A DNA stretch of 64,000 nt, taken from Gemmatimonadota bacterium (lineage in GTDB: Bacteria > Gemmatimonadota > Gemmatimonadetes > Palauibacterales > Palauibacteraceae). The translations under genes and the position numbers were made by a program. The stretch covers positions 576,001-640,000 of the forward strand of contig OZ220691.1 in the NCBI GenBank assembly GCA_965116475.1, read 5' to 3'. A model generated the notes under the pieces. It made no database searches. It was not told where the DNA came from and worked only from the letters and a program-made list of their open reading frames with translations. Below are positions 29,852-40,273 of this stretch, in pieces (the stretch's first letter is position 1; the number at the start of each line of letters is the position of its first letter).

Positions 29852-30654
29852 CTCCGGAGCTGGATCTCGCGTCCGTTGAGCGGCTGCACGGGGCGCGCGT
29901 TCATCGGGTAGAGCGCCGCGAAGGCGTCGATCTGCGCCTGTGAGACGGAGATCGAGTCCGTCATCACGACCCAGCTGACCACCTCCGAGCAGGGCGGCGT
30001 GGTCAGCGAGCCCTGGTAGCGGTAGTAGGCGCGCCCCCCGGGAAGCAGCGTGCCGGGATCGAGCGCGCCGACGGCGGCCGGCGACTCGTCGACGCCGGGA
30101 ATCGCGTCCCACAGACCCTGGATCGTCGCGTCGGCGTCGCCCGCCTCCATGAGGACGCCGATCACGGCGAGATCTCCCTCCTCGGCCCCGTGCACGAAGT
30201 GCACCTCCATCGCGGAGGCGGTCCCGTCGACGGTGTGTTCGCTCGGCAGGTGGAAGTGGAACTGCACGAGCGAGAACTCGCGGCCCTCGAGGACGATCGA
30301 ACTCCCCTCAGCCACGTTGATCTGGATGGTGTGGCCGTTGTCCACGACCTCCGCCTCCGTGGCCTGCCACCGGATGTCGAGGCCGCCGCCCTCCGCCGCG
30401 TCCCCCGGAACCGCGCCCGCCAGGTCCACCGGAGACTGCTCGATGCCGACGTCGCACACCGCGAACGACGCGTCGAGCCCGCCCCACAGCTCCGGCGCCG
30501 TGTCGCCCTCGTACCCCCAGTGGACTTCCGCCTCCATCTCCCCCTCCGCCTCCGCGTGATCCTCGGCTTCCGGCCCACACCCCTGCTGCGCCCCCATGAG
30601 CAAGAGCAGCACCAGGCCGACGAATGTCCCGGGAATACGCGTCGCTGCTCGCAT
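29848..30654 (-). CDS. Alpha-class carbonic anhydrase, exported/lipoprotein
   Basis: HWGY, QSPVD, NGHTIQ, QFHFH..SEH, EVHFVH, GSLTTPPCSE, NARPVQPLNGR. Confidence 0.95.
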   Translation of the reverse strand: MRAATRIPGTFVGLVLLLLMGAQQGCGPEAEDHAEAEGEMEAEVHWGYEGDTAPELWGGLDASFAVCDVGIEQSPVDLAGAVPGDAAEGGGLDIRWQATEAEVVDNGHTIQINVAEGSSIVLEGREFSLVQFHFHLPSEHTVDGTASAMEVHFVHGAEEGDLAVIGVLMEAGDADATIQGLWDAIPGVDESPAAVGALDPGTLLPGGRAYYRYQGSLTTPPCSEVVSWVVMTDSISVSQAQIDAFAALYPMNARPVQPLNGREIQLRS

Positions 30655-30814
30655 TGGTTCCTCCATTGGGCACGAGGGGCTGGACCCGACTCCCCGCAAA
30701 TCTGCCTGCCTCCCCCAACCCGTCAAGAGGATCGGCGCCGGCCCGGGGTCTTGCCGAGGACTGAAGGGCCTGTCGTATCTCTTCTTCATCTTGAGAGAAC
30801 AGGAGCTGACGTCC

Positions 30815-33800
30815 ATGTACCAGGTATCAGTCCCCCGCAGCCGTCCTTCGTTCAGCGCGCTCACCCCCCTGGCGGCGCGGTCGCTTCTGCCCGTGGCGCT
30901 GTTTCTTCTGCCGGCGGCGGCGCAGGCGCAGGATCGGGAGGTGCGGGTCACCGTCTCCGAGGGGACGAACATGGCGGCGGCGGTCTCGCCGGACGGGAGC
31001 CGGATCGTGCTCGACCTGCAGGGGACGCTGTGGGTGATGGACGCCGGGGGCGGCGAGGCGCGCGCGATCACGGACATGTACTACGACGCGCGGCAGCCGC
31101 AGTGGGCGCCGGACGGGAGCCGGATCGTGTTCCAGTCGTTTCGGGACGGGCGCTGGCACATCTGGTCGATCGCGCCCGACGGCTCCGACCCGGCGCAGCA
31201 CACCTTCGGTCCCTACGACGAGCGGGAGCCGGCCTACTCCCCCGATGGCGGCGCGATCGCCTTCGCGTCGGATCGTTCCGGCACCTACGACATCTGGACG
31301 CTCGACATCTCGGGCGGGCCCGGCGACGGCCGAATCCAGCGGGTGACGGACGCGCCCACGCACGAGTTCACGCCGCAGTGGTCGCCGGATGGGGAATCCC
31401 TGGCCTACGCCTCGGACCGCGGCCTCGGGGCGATCATCGTCCGCGAGAGCGGCGGCTCGACCCGGGTCGTGGCGCGGAACGCGGGCGCGATTTCGCCGGC
31501 GTGGAGCCCGGACGGAAGCCGGATCGCGTACTCGGCCGTCGTCCGGGGCCAGACGGGGCTCTGGGTGGCCGACGCCGGCGCGGGCGGCAGCGGGGGCGGA
31601 GGCGGGGGCGCTGCCACGCCGACGCGCCTCACCGAGGAGGGGGCGGACGTCTTCCCCTTCCGTCCCATGTGGATGGGAGCCCGAACGGGGGACGGGACTG
31701 ACGCAGGGACTGACGCCGCGGAGATCGCCTACACGGGCGACGGCCGCATCCGGCGCGTGTCGGCGGACGGCGCGCCGGGGGCGGACATCCCCTTCGAGGC
31801 CACGTTCGCGTTTACGCGGCGCGACTACGAGCGCGCGCCGCGTTCGTTCGAGGCGGGAGAACCGGAGCCCGTGCAGGGGATCGTCGCCCCGGCGGTCTCC
31901 CCCGACGGTCGCCACATCGCCTTCACCGCCCTCGGCGACCTGTGGCTGCTCGACATCGCGGCGGACGGAGCGGACGGAGCGGACAGCGCAACGCCCCGGC
32001 AGCTCACGGACGACCCCTTCGTCGACCTGATGCCGGCGTGGTCGCGCGACGGCTCGCGGCTTGCCTACGCCTCGGATCGGGCGGGCTCGCTCGACATCTG
32101 GGTGCGCGACATGGCCACCGGCGCCGAGACGCGCGTCACCACCGCGCCGGGCGGCGAGGTGGGCCCCGTGTTCTCTCCCGCCGGAGACCGGATCGTCTTC
32201 ACCTCCGTCATGGGACTGGAGGCCGCCGTGCAGGTCGTGAACCTCGCGACGGGCGAACTCACCACGATCCGCAACGATCTCTTCGCCCCCAGCCGGCCGT
32301 CGTTCTCCCCGGATGGGCGGACGATCGCGATGTCCGTCCTCTCGCAGTACTCGTCGCGCTTCCGCGAGGGGCGGAACGAGATCCTCCTGCAGCCGCTGGA
32401 CGGGGGCGAGACGCGCCGGGTCACGGCGGCCGATCACGAGAACATGGGGGTGCGGGCGCTCGACGGGCCGGTGTGGTCGCCGGACGGGCGGCGCATGGCG
32501 TACGCCAGCGAGGGCGTGCTGTGGATGGTCGAGGTCGACGGGGAGGGCGCGCCCAGCGGGCCGCCGATCCGTCTCTCCAACCACCACGCGGACGCGATCT
32601 CGTGGACGGGCGACTCACGGTCCATCGTCTATCAGTCGACGCGCGGCCTTCGCCGCCACCACCTCGACGACGGCCACTCCGAGGAGATTCCGCTGCGGCT
32701 GGAGTGGCGACGCCCCGCGCGCGAGGGTGCCGTGGTCGTACGGGCGGCGCGCGTGTGGGACGGCGTCTCGGACGACATCTCCCGCGACATGGACATTATC
32801 GTCGAGGGCAACCGGATCGTCTCCGTCGTCCCGCGCGGCGACGCGCGTGCCGCCGCGGTCATCGACGCGGGGGGCGAGGTCGTGGACGCGGGCGACCACA
32901 CCGTCCTTCCGGGCCTCGTCGACATGCACTCGCACATGGGCTACGGGATGGGCGAGGCGCTGGGCCGCGCCTTTCTCGCCTACGGGGTGACGACGATCCG
33001 CGATCCCACCTCCGACCCGTACGAGATCGCCGAACGCCGGGAGTCCATCGACTCGGGCCGCCGCATCGGACCGCGGGAGTTCGCCACCGGCCGCACGATG
33101 GACGGCAACCGGATCTACTACTCGGGCGCCGGCTCCCTCGGCCCCAACGGCAACCTCGAGCTGGAGCTGGACCGCGCCGAGCACGTGGGCTACTCCCTCA
33201 TCAAGACCTACGTCCGCATGCCGGACCTCATCCAGCGCCGCATCATCGAGTTCGCGCACGGGATCGGGATTCCGGTGGCGAGTCACGAAATCTATCCCGC
33301 CGTCGCGCACGGCCAGGACCACGTCGAACACATCTCGGGCACGAGCCGCCGCGGCTATTCGCCGAAGGTGACGGCGATGTACCGGACGTACGACGACGTG
33401 ATCCAGCTCCTTACCGCCTCCGGCATGACGATCACGCCGACGATGGCCCTTATGGGCGGCTGGTGGAAGTCCGTCGGCGACGACCCGTCGTGGACGACCG
33501 ACGCCCGCTTCGAGGCCCTGTTCCCCGAGGGGATGGCCGAAGCCATGACCGCACGCGCCCTCACGAGGGGCCGGGCCGGCGGCATCGACGAGCTGCTCGC
33601 CGACGCCGGCCGCACCGTGACCCGCGTCGTGCGCGGCGGCGGCAAGGTGGTGGCGGGCACCGACTCCCCCATCATCCCCTACGGCGCCGCCCTCATCGCC
33701 GAGGTCGAGAACTACGTCTGGGGCGGCCTCACCGAGGTCGAGGCCCTGCGCACGGCGACGTCGGTCGCCGCCGAGGCGCTGGCCATGGAAGGGGAGATCG

Positions 33801-33958
33801 GCACCCTGTCCGCCGGCGCCCTCGCCGACATCCTCATCGTCGAGGGCAACCCGCTGGAGGACATCACGGACCTCCGCCGCGCCCGCATCGTCCTCAAGGA
33901 CGGCGAGATCTTCCGCCTCGAGGACCTCATGCAGCCGCCCCGCGCGCTCGTGCCCTGA
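30815..33958 (+). CDS. Amidohydrolase with N-terminal TolB-like (PD40) beta-propellers
   Basis: Signal peptide, repeated P.WSPDG motifs, PGLVDMHSH, AGTDSP, G.LAD...V.GNPLEDI. Confidence 0.92.
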   Translation: MYQVSVPRSRPSFSALTPLAARSLLPVALFLLPAAAQAQDREVRVTVSEGTNMAAAVSPDGSRIVLDLQGTLWVMDAGGGEARAITDMYYDARQPQWAPDGSRIVFQSFRDGRWHIWSIAPDGSDPAQHTFGPYDEREPAYSPDGGAIAFASDRSGTYDIWTLDISGGPGDGRIQRVTDAPTHEFTPQWSPDGESLAYASDRGLGAIIVRESGGSTRVVARNAGAISPAWSPDGSRIAYSAVVRGQTGLWVADAGAGGSGGGGGGAATPTRLTEEGADVFPFRPMWMGARTGDGTDAGTDAAEIAYTGDGRIRRVSADGAPGADIPFEATFAFTRRDYERAPRSFEAGEPEPVQGIVAPAVSPDGRHIAFTALGDLWLLDIAADGADGADSATPRQLTDDPFVDLMPAWSRDGSRLAYASDRAGSLDIWVRDMATGAETRVTTAPGGEVGPVFSPAGDRIVFTSVMGLEAAVQVVNLATGELTTIRNDLFAPSRPSFSPDGRTIAMSVLSQYSSRFREGRNEILLQPLDGGETRRVTAADHENMGVRALDGPVWSPDGRRMAYASEGVLWMVEVDGEGAPSGPPIRLSNHHADAISWTGDSRSIVYQSTRGLRRHHLDDGHSEEIPLRLEWRRPAREGAVVVRAARVWDGVSDDISRDMDIIVEGNRIVSVVPRGDARAAAVIDAGGEVVDAGDHTVLPGLVDMHSHMGYGMGEALGRAFLAYGVTTIRDPTSDPYEIAERRESIDSGRRIGPREFATGRTMDGNRIYYSGAGSLGPNGNLELELDRAEHVGYSLIKTYVRMPDLIQRRIIEFAHGIGIPVASHEIYPAVAHGQDHVEHISGTSRRGYSPKVTAMYRTYDDVIQLLTASGMTITPTMALMGGWWKSVGDDPSWTTDARFEALFPEGMAEAMTARALTRGRAGGIDELLADAGRTVTRVVRGGGKVVAGTDSPIIPYGAALIAEVENYVWGGLTEVEALRTATSVAAEALAMEGEIGTLSAGALADILIVEGNPLEDITDLRRARIVLKDGEIFRLEDLMQPPRALVP

Positions 33959-34003
33959 CCCGGCCGGTTTTCGACCGTCCAGGCGAAAGCGCGGCGGGGT
34001 TCG

Positions 34004-34654
34004 TCAGCCTCCGACCGGAAACACGAACCCGGCCTGAAGCGCCAGGTGCCGCGTCTTGATGGCCTGCAGTGACGTGTCGTCGACGTTCGCGAGTCCCAGC
34101 GAGTAAATCAGGTCGACACCCAGCCGCAGACGGTCGGAAATCGCCAGTTCCACCCCGGCGCCCGCCGCGACGCCGTAATCGATCGGTTTCGTCGTAGCGT
34201 CGCACGACCCGGATTCGCTCATCGATCCCAGTTCGCCAAGGTCGAAGTCCAGGCTCGCGTCGCAGAAAAGGAGGGACGCCGCCCACGGGCCCAGCAACAG
34301 TCCGACGGACGCTGCGCGGTCTCGCGGTGTACCGATTCGCACGAGCGCCGACGCCTGTAACCAGTTCGCCTCGATGCTGGCCGATCCCCCGATGCCTTCC
34401 GAGGGGAGGTTCGCGGACCAGACCGTACCCTTCTGCGCATACGCTCCGCCGATCCGAAGGTCGACCGAGCTTCCGACCGGAAACGTGACGTCGAAGCTCG
34501 CGACCACACCCCGCCGCCCGTCCTGATCCGGCGTTCCCTCCACATCCGAGGAGATGGTGGCCTCGCTCAGCCCGCCACGAAATCCGAGCGTCGTTTGCCC
34601 CATCAGCGGGGCGGCGATCAGGAGGGGAAGGAGCGACGCGACGACTCTGCGCAT
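34004..34654 (-). CDS. Outer-membrane beta-barrel paralog 4
   Basis: GQTTLGFRGG, YAQKG, GPW...C...C, DYGVAAGAG, ALQAGFVFP. Confidence 0.85.
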   Translation of the reverse strand: MRRVVASLLPLLIAAPLMGQTTLGFRGGLSEATISSDVEGTPDQDGRRGVVASFDVTFPVGSSVDLRIGGAYAQKGTVWSANLPSEGIGGSASIEANWLQASALVRIGTPRDRAASVGLLLGPWAASLLFCDASLDFDLGELGSMSESGSCDATTKPIDYGVAAGAGVELAISDRLRLGVDLIYSLGLANVDDTSLQAIKTRHLALQAGFVFPVGG

Positions 34655-34718
34655 GTGGAACCGACCTTTCTGGAGGAGACTCGTTGCGATGAACACTACC
34701 GTGACGCCGTGCGCTTCG

Positions 34719-35393
34719 TCAGCGGCCGATCGGGATCACGACACCGGCCTGGACCGCCAGGCTTCGGTGCTTTGGGGCGGCCGGGTCGTCATCGATCCGT
34801 GAGAGTCCGATCGAGTACACCACATCCAGCCCCAGGCTGAGGCCGTCCGAGACCGCCAGTTCCACACCGCCCCCGGCCGCCACGCCGAAATCGGTCTTGC
34901 TTCCCTCTTCCGAGCACGATCCCGACTCGCTGATCGAGCCGAATTCCCCGAGATCGACTGCGGTGCTCGCATCGCAGAAAAGGCGATAGGCCATCCACGG
35001 GCCCAGCAGGACGCCCACCGATAGTGGGCCGTCTCGCGACGACCCGACGCGCGCCAGGGTGGAGAACTGAAGGTAGTCCATCTCGAAACCGGTCGATCCG
35101 CTGCCGCCGACTCCGGAAACGCTCAGGCTGTACCCCTTCTGCGCGTACGCGCCCCCGACGCGAAGTTCGATCCCCCGTGCCAGCGGGAAGGCGACATCGA
35201 TCCCCGCGACCGCTCCCATGCGTGGATCTTCGCTCGCGGCGACCCCGAACTCCTCGAGTTCCACCAACTCGTCCTCGACGAACTCCGAGAACGTGGCCCG
35301 GTTCAGCCCGGCCCTGAATCCCACCATCGTCTGCGCCATGAGTGGAGCGGCAACGAGCAGCGGGAGGAGTGATACGACGATTCTGCGTAGCAT
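34719..35393 (-). CDS. Outer-membrane beta-barrel paralog 5 (tandem with paralog 4)
   Basis: AQTMVGFRAG, YAQKG, DYLQF, GPW...C...C, TDFGVAAGGG, AVQAGVVIP. Confidence 0.85.
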   Translation of the reverse strand: MLRRIVVSLLPLLVAAPLMAQTMVGFRAGLNRATFSEFVEDELVELEEFGVAASEDPRMGAVAGIDVAFPLARGIELRVGGAYAQKGYSLSVSGVGGSGSTGFEMDYLQFSTLARVGSSRDGPLSVGVLLGPWMAYRLFCDASTAVDLGEFGSISESGSCSEEGSKTDFGVAAGGGVELAVSDGLSLGLDVVYSIGLSRIDDDPAAPKHRSLAVQAGVVIPIGR

Positions 35394-35407
35394 TGGAGCC
35401 TCTCTCG

Positions 35408-35438
35408 TGTCCGGGTCATGTCCGGGTCATGTCCAGGT
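35408..35438. repeat. 11-bp tandem repeat just upstream of paralog 5
   Basis: TGTCCGGGTCA twice plus TGTCCAGGT. Confidence 0.8.
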
Positions 35439-35526
35439 GTCGTCTCCGTACCGGTGGATCAGCGGGATGACGAGCGGAGACCGCGGCTGGTCACTCTGCC
35501 GGGCGCCGGCGCCACGGCTCGTCGTT

Positions 35527-36525
35527 TCAGAAAACGTTCATGAAGATGAACACGACCGCGACGGCGCTCAGGGCCCAGATCACGCGGTCGCTGCGCTGCA
35601 GGAGGACGTGCTTGTTGAGGATCGCCCCGATCGGGGCGGCGAAGGCGTAGGTGGCGAAGAACGTCTGGAAGTAGTCCATCATCAGGGAGCCGGGGTTGAA
35701 GCCTCCAGGGCCGCCAAGGCCCGCCTCGATGAGATCGAAGACGGTGAAGATGATCGTGAACCAGACGCCGAACTGCAGGTAGAGCTTGGCCTCGGCCCGC
35801 CGCCGCCTGCGGAGGATGGCGAACGCCGCCAGCACCTGCCGGAAGGCGAGCGACAGCGCTCCGCCGGGATCGTTGGTGTAGTAGAACAGCCGCAGCCGGT
35901 GCGCCCAGCGGTCGAATCCGCGCAGGATGGGCAGGTTGGAGAGGGCGGCCCAGCGGGTTCCCAGCAGCGTGATCGCGATGAGCGCGAGCACGGCGATGAT
36001 CGGCTCGTAGATCCCGAATCCGCGCGCGAAGGCGCCCATCGACCCGCCCGCCAGCATCATCACGATGGCGTCGGCCACGAGGCGCACGCGCGTCCGCCGC
36101 TTGGCGGCCCAGTGCGGCTCCGGCGGGAGCGTCTCGCCCTTGGCCGGCATGAAGGCGAGCTGGCGGGGCGGCAGGCCCAGGAACCGCCGCCGCGCCTGGT
36201 CTTCGTTGAACTTCCGCACCATGCGCGGGATGAGCAGGACGTCCGCGACCCACCACAGCCCCGCCCCCCCGACGGTGAGCAGCATGAGGAAGCCGGTGCC
36301 GGGACGGTCGAGATAGAAGCGGTGGCCGCCGAAGATCCCCGTCAGGAGCCACAGCGGATAGGCGATGCCTTCGCGCTTCGGCCGGTAGCTGTACAGCTGG
36401 TCGAGCACGGCGCGCGAGAAGTCGAGGTCGCCCCTGCCGGGCACCTGGGGAGGGCCCTGATGCAGCGCGGAGAGCCCGAAGAGCGTGTCGTCGGAGGTCC
36501 CGGGGCGTGGCGGATCCCCGGACAT
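35527..36525 (-). CDS. TM2-domain membrane protein
   Basis: AYPLWLLTGIFGGHRFYL...GLWWVADVLLIP, followed by further TM helices. Confidence 0.88.
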   Translation of the reverse strand: MSGDPPRPGTSDDTLFGLSALHQGPPQVPGRGDLDFSRAVLDQLYSYRPKREGIAYPLWLLTGIFGGHRFYLDRPGTGFLMLLTVGGAGLWWVADVLLIPRMVRKFNEDQARRRFLGLPPRQLAFMPAKGETLPPEPHWAAKRRTRVRLVADAIVMMLAGGSMGAFARGFGIYEPIIAVLALIAITLLGTRWAALSNLPILRGFDRWAHRLRLFYYTNDPGGALSLAFRQVLAAFAILRRRRRAEAKLYLQFGVWFTIIFTVFDLIEAGLGGPGGFNPGSLMMDYFQTFFATYAFAAPIGAILNKHVLLQRSDRVIWALSAVAVVFIFMNVF

Positions 36526-38193
36526 CTAGAAGGCCACGGGCTCCTTGAAGCGGCCGTACACCTTCTCGAGCACGATCCGGATCTCGCCCAGCGTCGCGTA
36601 GGCCCGCACCGCGTCGAGCAGGGGCGGCAGCAGGTTCTCGTCTTCGCGCGCGGCCCGCCCCAGCGTCTCGAGCGCCTGCTCGACGGCACCGGAATCGCGG
36701 CGCGCGCGGAGATCCGCCAGCCGCGCCTCCTGCTTCGCCGCGGCCTCCTCGCCGATCCTCAGAATCTCGATCGGGGGCTCCTCCGCATCCTCGAACCGGT
36801 TCACGCCCACGATCGTCTGCGTCCCCTTCTCCACCTCATCCTGGAACCGGCGCGCGGAAGCCGCGATCTGCGCCTGGAAATAGCCGGACTCGATCCCGTA
36901 CACGACCCCGCCGATGTCGTCGATCTCGCGGAAGATCTCCTCCGCCTCCGCCTCGAGTGCGTCCGTCAGCGACTCGACGTAGTAGGAACCCGCGAGGGGA
37001 TCGATCGTGTTCGGGACGCCGGTCTCGTAGGCGAGGATCTGCTGCGTGCGCAGGGCGATCTTCGCCGCCTCCTCGGTGGGGAGCGCGAGGGTCTCGTCCA
37101 TCGCGTTCGTGTGCAGCGACTGCGTGCCGCCGAGCGCCGCCGCCATCGCCTGGTACGCGACCCGCACGATGTTGTTGTGCGGCTGCTGCGCGGTGAGGGA
37201 GACGCCGGCCGTCTGGGCGTGCGTCCGCAGCCGCAGGCTCCGGGGATCGCGGGCGCCGTACGCGTCGCGCATGTGCCGGGCCCAGATGCGGCGGCCGGCC
37301 CGGAACTTCGCGATTTCCTCGAAGAAGTCGTTGTGAACGTCCCAGAAGAAGGAGAGCCGCGGCGCGAAGCTGTCCACGTCGAGCCCGCGTTCGATGCCCC
37401 GCTCCACGTAGGTGAAGCCGTTCTTCAGCGTGTAGGCGAGTTCCTGCGCGGCGGTCGCCCCCGCCTCCCGGATGTGGTAACCGGAGATGGAGATCGTGTT
37501 GAAGCGCGGCGCGGCGTCCGCCGACCACTCGAAGATGTCGGCGATGATCTTGAGCGCGGGCTCGGGCGGGAAGATCCAGGCGTGCTGGGCCTGGTATTCC
37601 TTGAGGATGTCGTTCTGGATCGTCCCGCGGACCCGGTCGAGCGGCACCCCCTGGTTCTCCGCCGTTACGAGGAGGAAGGCGTACAGCATGAGGGCGGGCC
37701 CGTTGATCGTCATCGACACGGACACCTGGTCGAGCGGGATCCCGTCGAAGAGCGTCTCCATGTCGGCGAGGCTCGAGATCGCGACGCCGCACTTCCCCAC
37801 TTCTCCCTCGGAGCGGCGGTCGTCGGAGTCGTACCCCATGAGGGTGGGGAAGTCGAAGGCGACGGAGAGTCCCGTCTGTCCGCGCCGGAGGAGGTACTTG
37901 TAGCGCTCGTTCGTCTCGTGCGCGGTGGCGAAGCCGGAGAAGAGCCGCATCGTCCACAGCTTCGTGCGGTACATCGAATGGTACGGGCCGCGCGTGAACG
38001 GGAACTCGCCGGGCGTGCCGAGCCGGTCCAGGTAGCCCCCCGGGCCGGTGTCGCCGGCGTCGAGGGGGGTGTAGAGCGGCTTGATCTCCCGCCCGGAGAT
38101 GCTCCGGAAGCTGGTGTCGTCGCGCTGCGGCGCCTGGCGGAAGACCGCCTCCCAAAGCTCGAGCTGATCGCTCAGCGCACCGTGCTTGCTCAT
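36526..38193 (-). CDS. Methylmalonyl-CoA mutase family, substrate-binding (N-terminal) subunit
   Basis: [58 protein letters not shown]; no B12-binding domain. LWTMRLFSG has F at the specificity position, so the substrate may not be methylmalonyl-CoA. Confidence 0.93.
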   Translation of the reverse strand: MSKHGALSDQLELWEAVFRQAPQRDDTSFRSISGREIKPLYTPLDAGDTGPGGYLDRLGTPGEFPFTRGPYHSMYRTKLWTMRLFSGFATAHETNERYKYLLRRGQTGLSVAFDFPTLMGYDSDDRRSEGEVGKCGVAISSLADMETLFDGIPLDQVSVSMTINGPALMLYAFLLVTAENQGVPLDRVRGTIQNDILKEYQAQHAWIFPPEPALKIIADIFEWSADAAPRFNTISISGYHIREAGATAAQELAYTLKNGFTYVERGIERGLDVDSFAPRLSFFWDVHNDFFEEIAKFRAGRRIWARHMRDAYGARDPRSLRLRTHAQTAGVSLTAQQPHNNIVRVAYQAMAAALGGTQSLHTNAMDETLALPTEEAAKIALRTQQILAYETGVPNTIDPLAGSYYVESLTDALEAEAEEIFREIDDIGGVVYGIESGYFQAQIAASARRFQDEVEKGTQTIVGVNRFEDAEEPPIEILRIGEEAAAKQEARLADLRARRDSGAVEQALETLGRAAREDENLLPPLLDAVRAYATLGEIRIVLEKVYGRFKEPVAF

Positions 38194-38296
38194 GCCCCGT
38201 CCCGTATCGTCCGGCTCGTCGGCGCCGGGTCCATGCCGCGGAGGCTGCCGGCTCCCGGCTACCGGCTCCCAAAGTAGGGGACAAAGTAGGGAACGG

Positions 38297-38314
38297 ACGT
38301 TCCCGCGGGAACGT
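38297..38314. repeat. Palindrome copy 3 (ACGTTCCCGCGGGAACGT)
   Basis: Divergent intergenic region, next to a CAAAGTAGGG duplication. Confidence 0.88.
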
Positions 38315-38334
38315 GCCGGCCGCGAATACCGTGA

Positions 38335-38404
38335 GAGGGGCAGCACACAGGGGCAGCACGAGACACACGCAGAGGCACACGCAGAGGCAAACGCAGAGGC
38401 AAAC
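38335..38404. repeat. Short tandem repeats upstream of the 38406 gene
   Basis: AGGGGCAGCAC twice, then 12-bp ACGCAGAGGCA(C/A) three times. Confidence 0.8.
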
Positions 38405-38405
38405 A

Positions 38406-39254
38406 ATGCGCGGACGATGGATGGTTCGGGCCCTCGGGATCGGGGCGCTCTTTGTGATGGCGGCCGGTGTGACGCCGGCCGGGGCCGCGCACGGGCAGCG
38501 GGGACCGCTCGTGGCGGACCGGCCGGACTTCACCGAGGCGGCGGCAACGGTGGGGCGCGGCGTGTTCCAGCTCGAGTTCGGCTACACCTACGAGCATGAC
38601 CGGCCGGAGGGCGGCCGCGGTGGCGTGTGGACGCACTCGCTGGGCGAACCCCTCCTGCGGCTCGGCGTGCTCGGCGAGGGACTGGAACTTCGGCTGGGCC
38701 TGAGTCCCGTGTCCGAGGGTGCGGGGACGGACGGGCGGAACATCACCGAGACGGGGATGGAAGATCTCTACCTGGGAGTCAAGCTGGTCCTGACCGAACA
38801 GGAGGGGCTGCGGCCGGCGATGGCGGTCCTTCCCCAGGTGACGGTCCCCGCGGGAAGCGACGCCTTCACGAGCGATCGCACGCTGCCGGGGGTGAACTTC
38901 ATCTACGGCTGGGACGTCACGGAGGACGTCGCGCTGTCGGGAAGCACGCAGATGAACCGGGCCCTGAGCGATGCCGGCGGCGGGGCGGGCCGTGAGGGAG
39001 AGGCGGAGTACGCCGAGTGGGCGCAGTCGGCGGTGGCCGGGTTCTCGGTGGGCGCGCGGGCCGGGGTCTACGCCGAGTGGTTCGCCTTCTTCCACGCGGA
39101 AGCGGAGGGGACGCGCGCGGAGCACTACGCCAACGGCGGCTTCACGTGGAGCTTCAGCGACGATCTCCAGTGGGACATCCGCGCCGGCGTGGGGCTGAAC
39201 GAGTCCGCGACGGGCTTTTTCGCGGGGACGGGACTCGTCGTCAGGTTCCCCTGA
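38406..39254 (+). CDS. Outer-membrane transporter (MetA-pathway phenol degradation-like beta-barrel)
   Basis: Signal peptide, DRPDFTE..TVGRGVFQLE.G, alternating beta pattern, C-terminal F. Confidence 0.85.
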   Translation: MRGRWMVRALGIGALFVMAAGVTPAGAAHGQRGPLVADRPDFTEAAATVGRGVFQLEFGYTYEHDRPEGGRGGVWTHSLGEPLLRLGVLGEGLELRLGLSPVSEGAGTDGRNITETGMEDLYLGVKLVLTEQEGLRPAMAVLPQVTVPAGSDAFTSDRTLPGVNFIYGWDVTEDVALSGSTQMNRALSDAGGGAGREGEAEYAEWAQSAVAGFSVGARAGVYAEWFAFFHAEAEGTRAEHYANGGFTWSFSDDLQWDIRAGVGLNESATGFFAGTGLVVRFP

Positions 39255-40257
39255 GACCTTCCCTGAACTCGTCGTACAGCCGGCGCGCGATCGCGTAGGG
39301 GGAAGCCCCGGAATCCAGCGTTGCGGGGGAGGCGGCGCGCCAGATCCGCTCGGCGTCGCGGCTGGAGCGGCGGAGGAGCGCGTCGTGCGCGCGGCGCAGG
39401 CGGGCGGCGCGGCGGTTCGCCTCGAGCCGCCCCGTCGACCGCAGCCAGTCGAAGTGCCGGTCGAGGTGCGCCGCGAACTCCTCGATCCCCCGGGCCTCCG
39501 ACGCGACGGTCTGCGTGATCGGCATGCGCCAGGGGGCGTCGGCGCCGTCGCTGCTGTCTCCGCCGTCGCCGCCGTCACCCGGGCCGGCCGCGGGGCGGTT
39601 CGCGAAGCGGATCGACATGATGATCGCGATCTCCTTCTCCAGCCGGTCCGCGCCGGGCCGGTCCGACTTGTTGATGACGAAGAGGTCCGCCACCTCCATG
39701 AGCCCGGCCTTCATCGCCTGCACCCCATCGCCCGATTCCGGGACGAGGACGACGGCGGTCGTGTCGGCGGAGACGGCGATGTCGAGTTCCGCCTGGCCCA
39801 CGCCGAGCGTCTCGAGGATCACGCGGTCGTAACCGGCCGCGTCCATGAGATCGGCCGCTTCCCGCGTGGCGGTCGCGAGGCCGCCGAGCGAGCCGCGGCT
39901 CGCCATCGAACGGATGAAGACGCCGGGCTCGGTGGAGAGTTCTCCCATGCGGATGCGGTCGCCGAGCAGGGCTCCGCCGGTGAACGGACTCGTCGGGTCC
40001 ACGGCGACGATCCCGACCTTGAGAGACTGGTTGAGATAATGCCGCGTAAGTGCCTCCGTCAGCGTCGACTTGCCGGCACCGGGCGGCCCCGTGATGCCAA
40101 TGCGCCGCGCGCGTCCGGTGCGCCCGTCCAGCCGCTCGAGAAGCGCCTCGAAGCCGTCGCTCTCGTTCTCGACGTGCGAGATCCCCCGGGCCAGCGCCAG
40201 CGGCTCGCCGCCCGCAATGCGGCCGGCGAGCCGCCCCGCATCGAACGCCGGACTCAC
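39241..40257 (-). CDS. meaB: Methylmalonyl-CoA mutase-associated GTPase
   Basis: GITGPPGAGKST, AVDPTSPFTGGALLGDRIRM, ETLGVGQ, KAGLME, NKSD. Confidence 0.95.
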   Translation of the reverse strand: MSPAFDAGRLAGRIAGGEPLALARGISHVENESDGFEALLERLDGRTGRARRIGITGPPGAGKSTLTEALTRHYLNQSLKVGIVAVDPTSPFTGGALLGDRIRMGELSTEPGVFIRSMASRGSLGGLATATREAADLMDAAGYDRVILETLGVGQAELDIAVSADTTAVVLVPESGDGVQAMKAGLMEVADLFVINKSDRPGADRLEKEIAIIMSIRFANRPAAGPGDGGDGGDSSDGADAPWRMPITQTVASEARGIEEFAAHLDRHFDWLRSTGRLEANRRAARLRRAHDALLRRSSRDAERIWRAASPATLDSGASPYAIARRLYDEFREGLRGT

Positions 40258-40273
40258 CCCGCGTCCCCCGCCC

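Noticed and set aside
16452..35393. Diversity-generating retroelement behind the beta-barrel variation
   Set aside because: No reverse transcriptase and no near-identical template/variable repeat pair seen.
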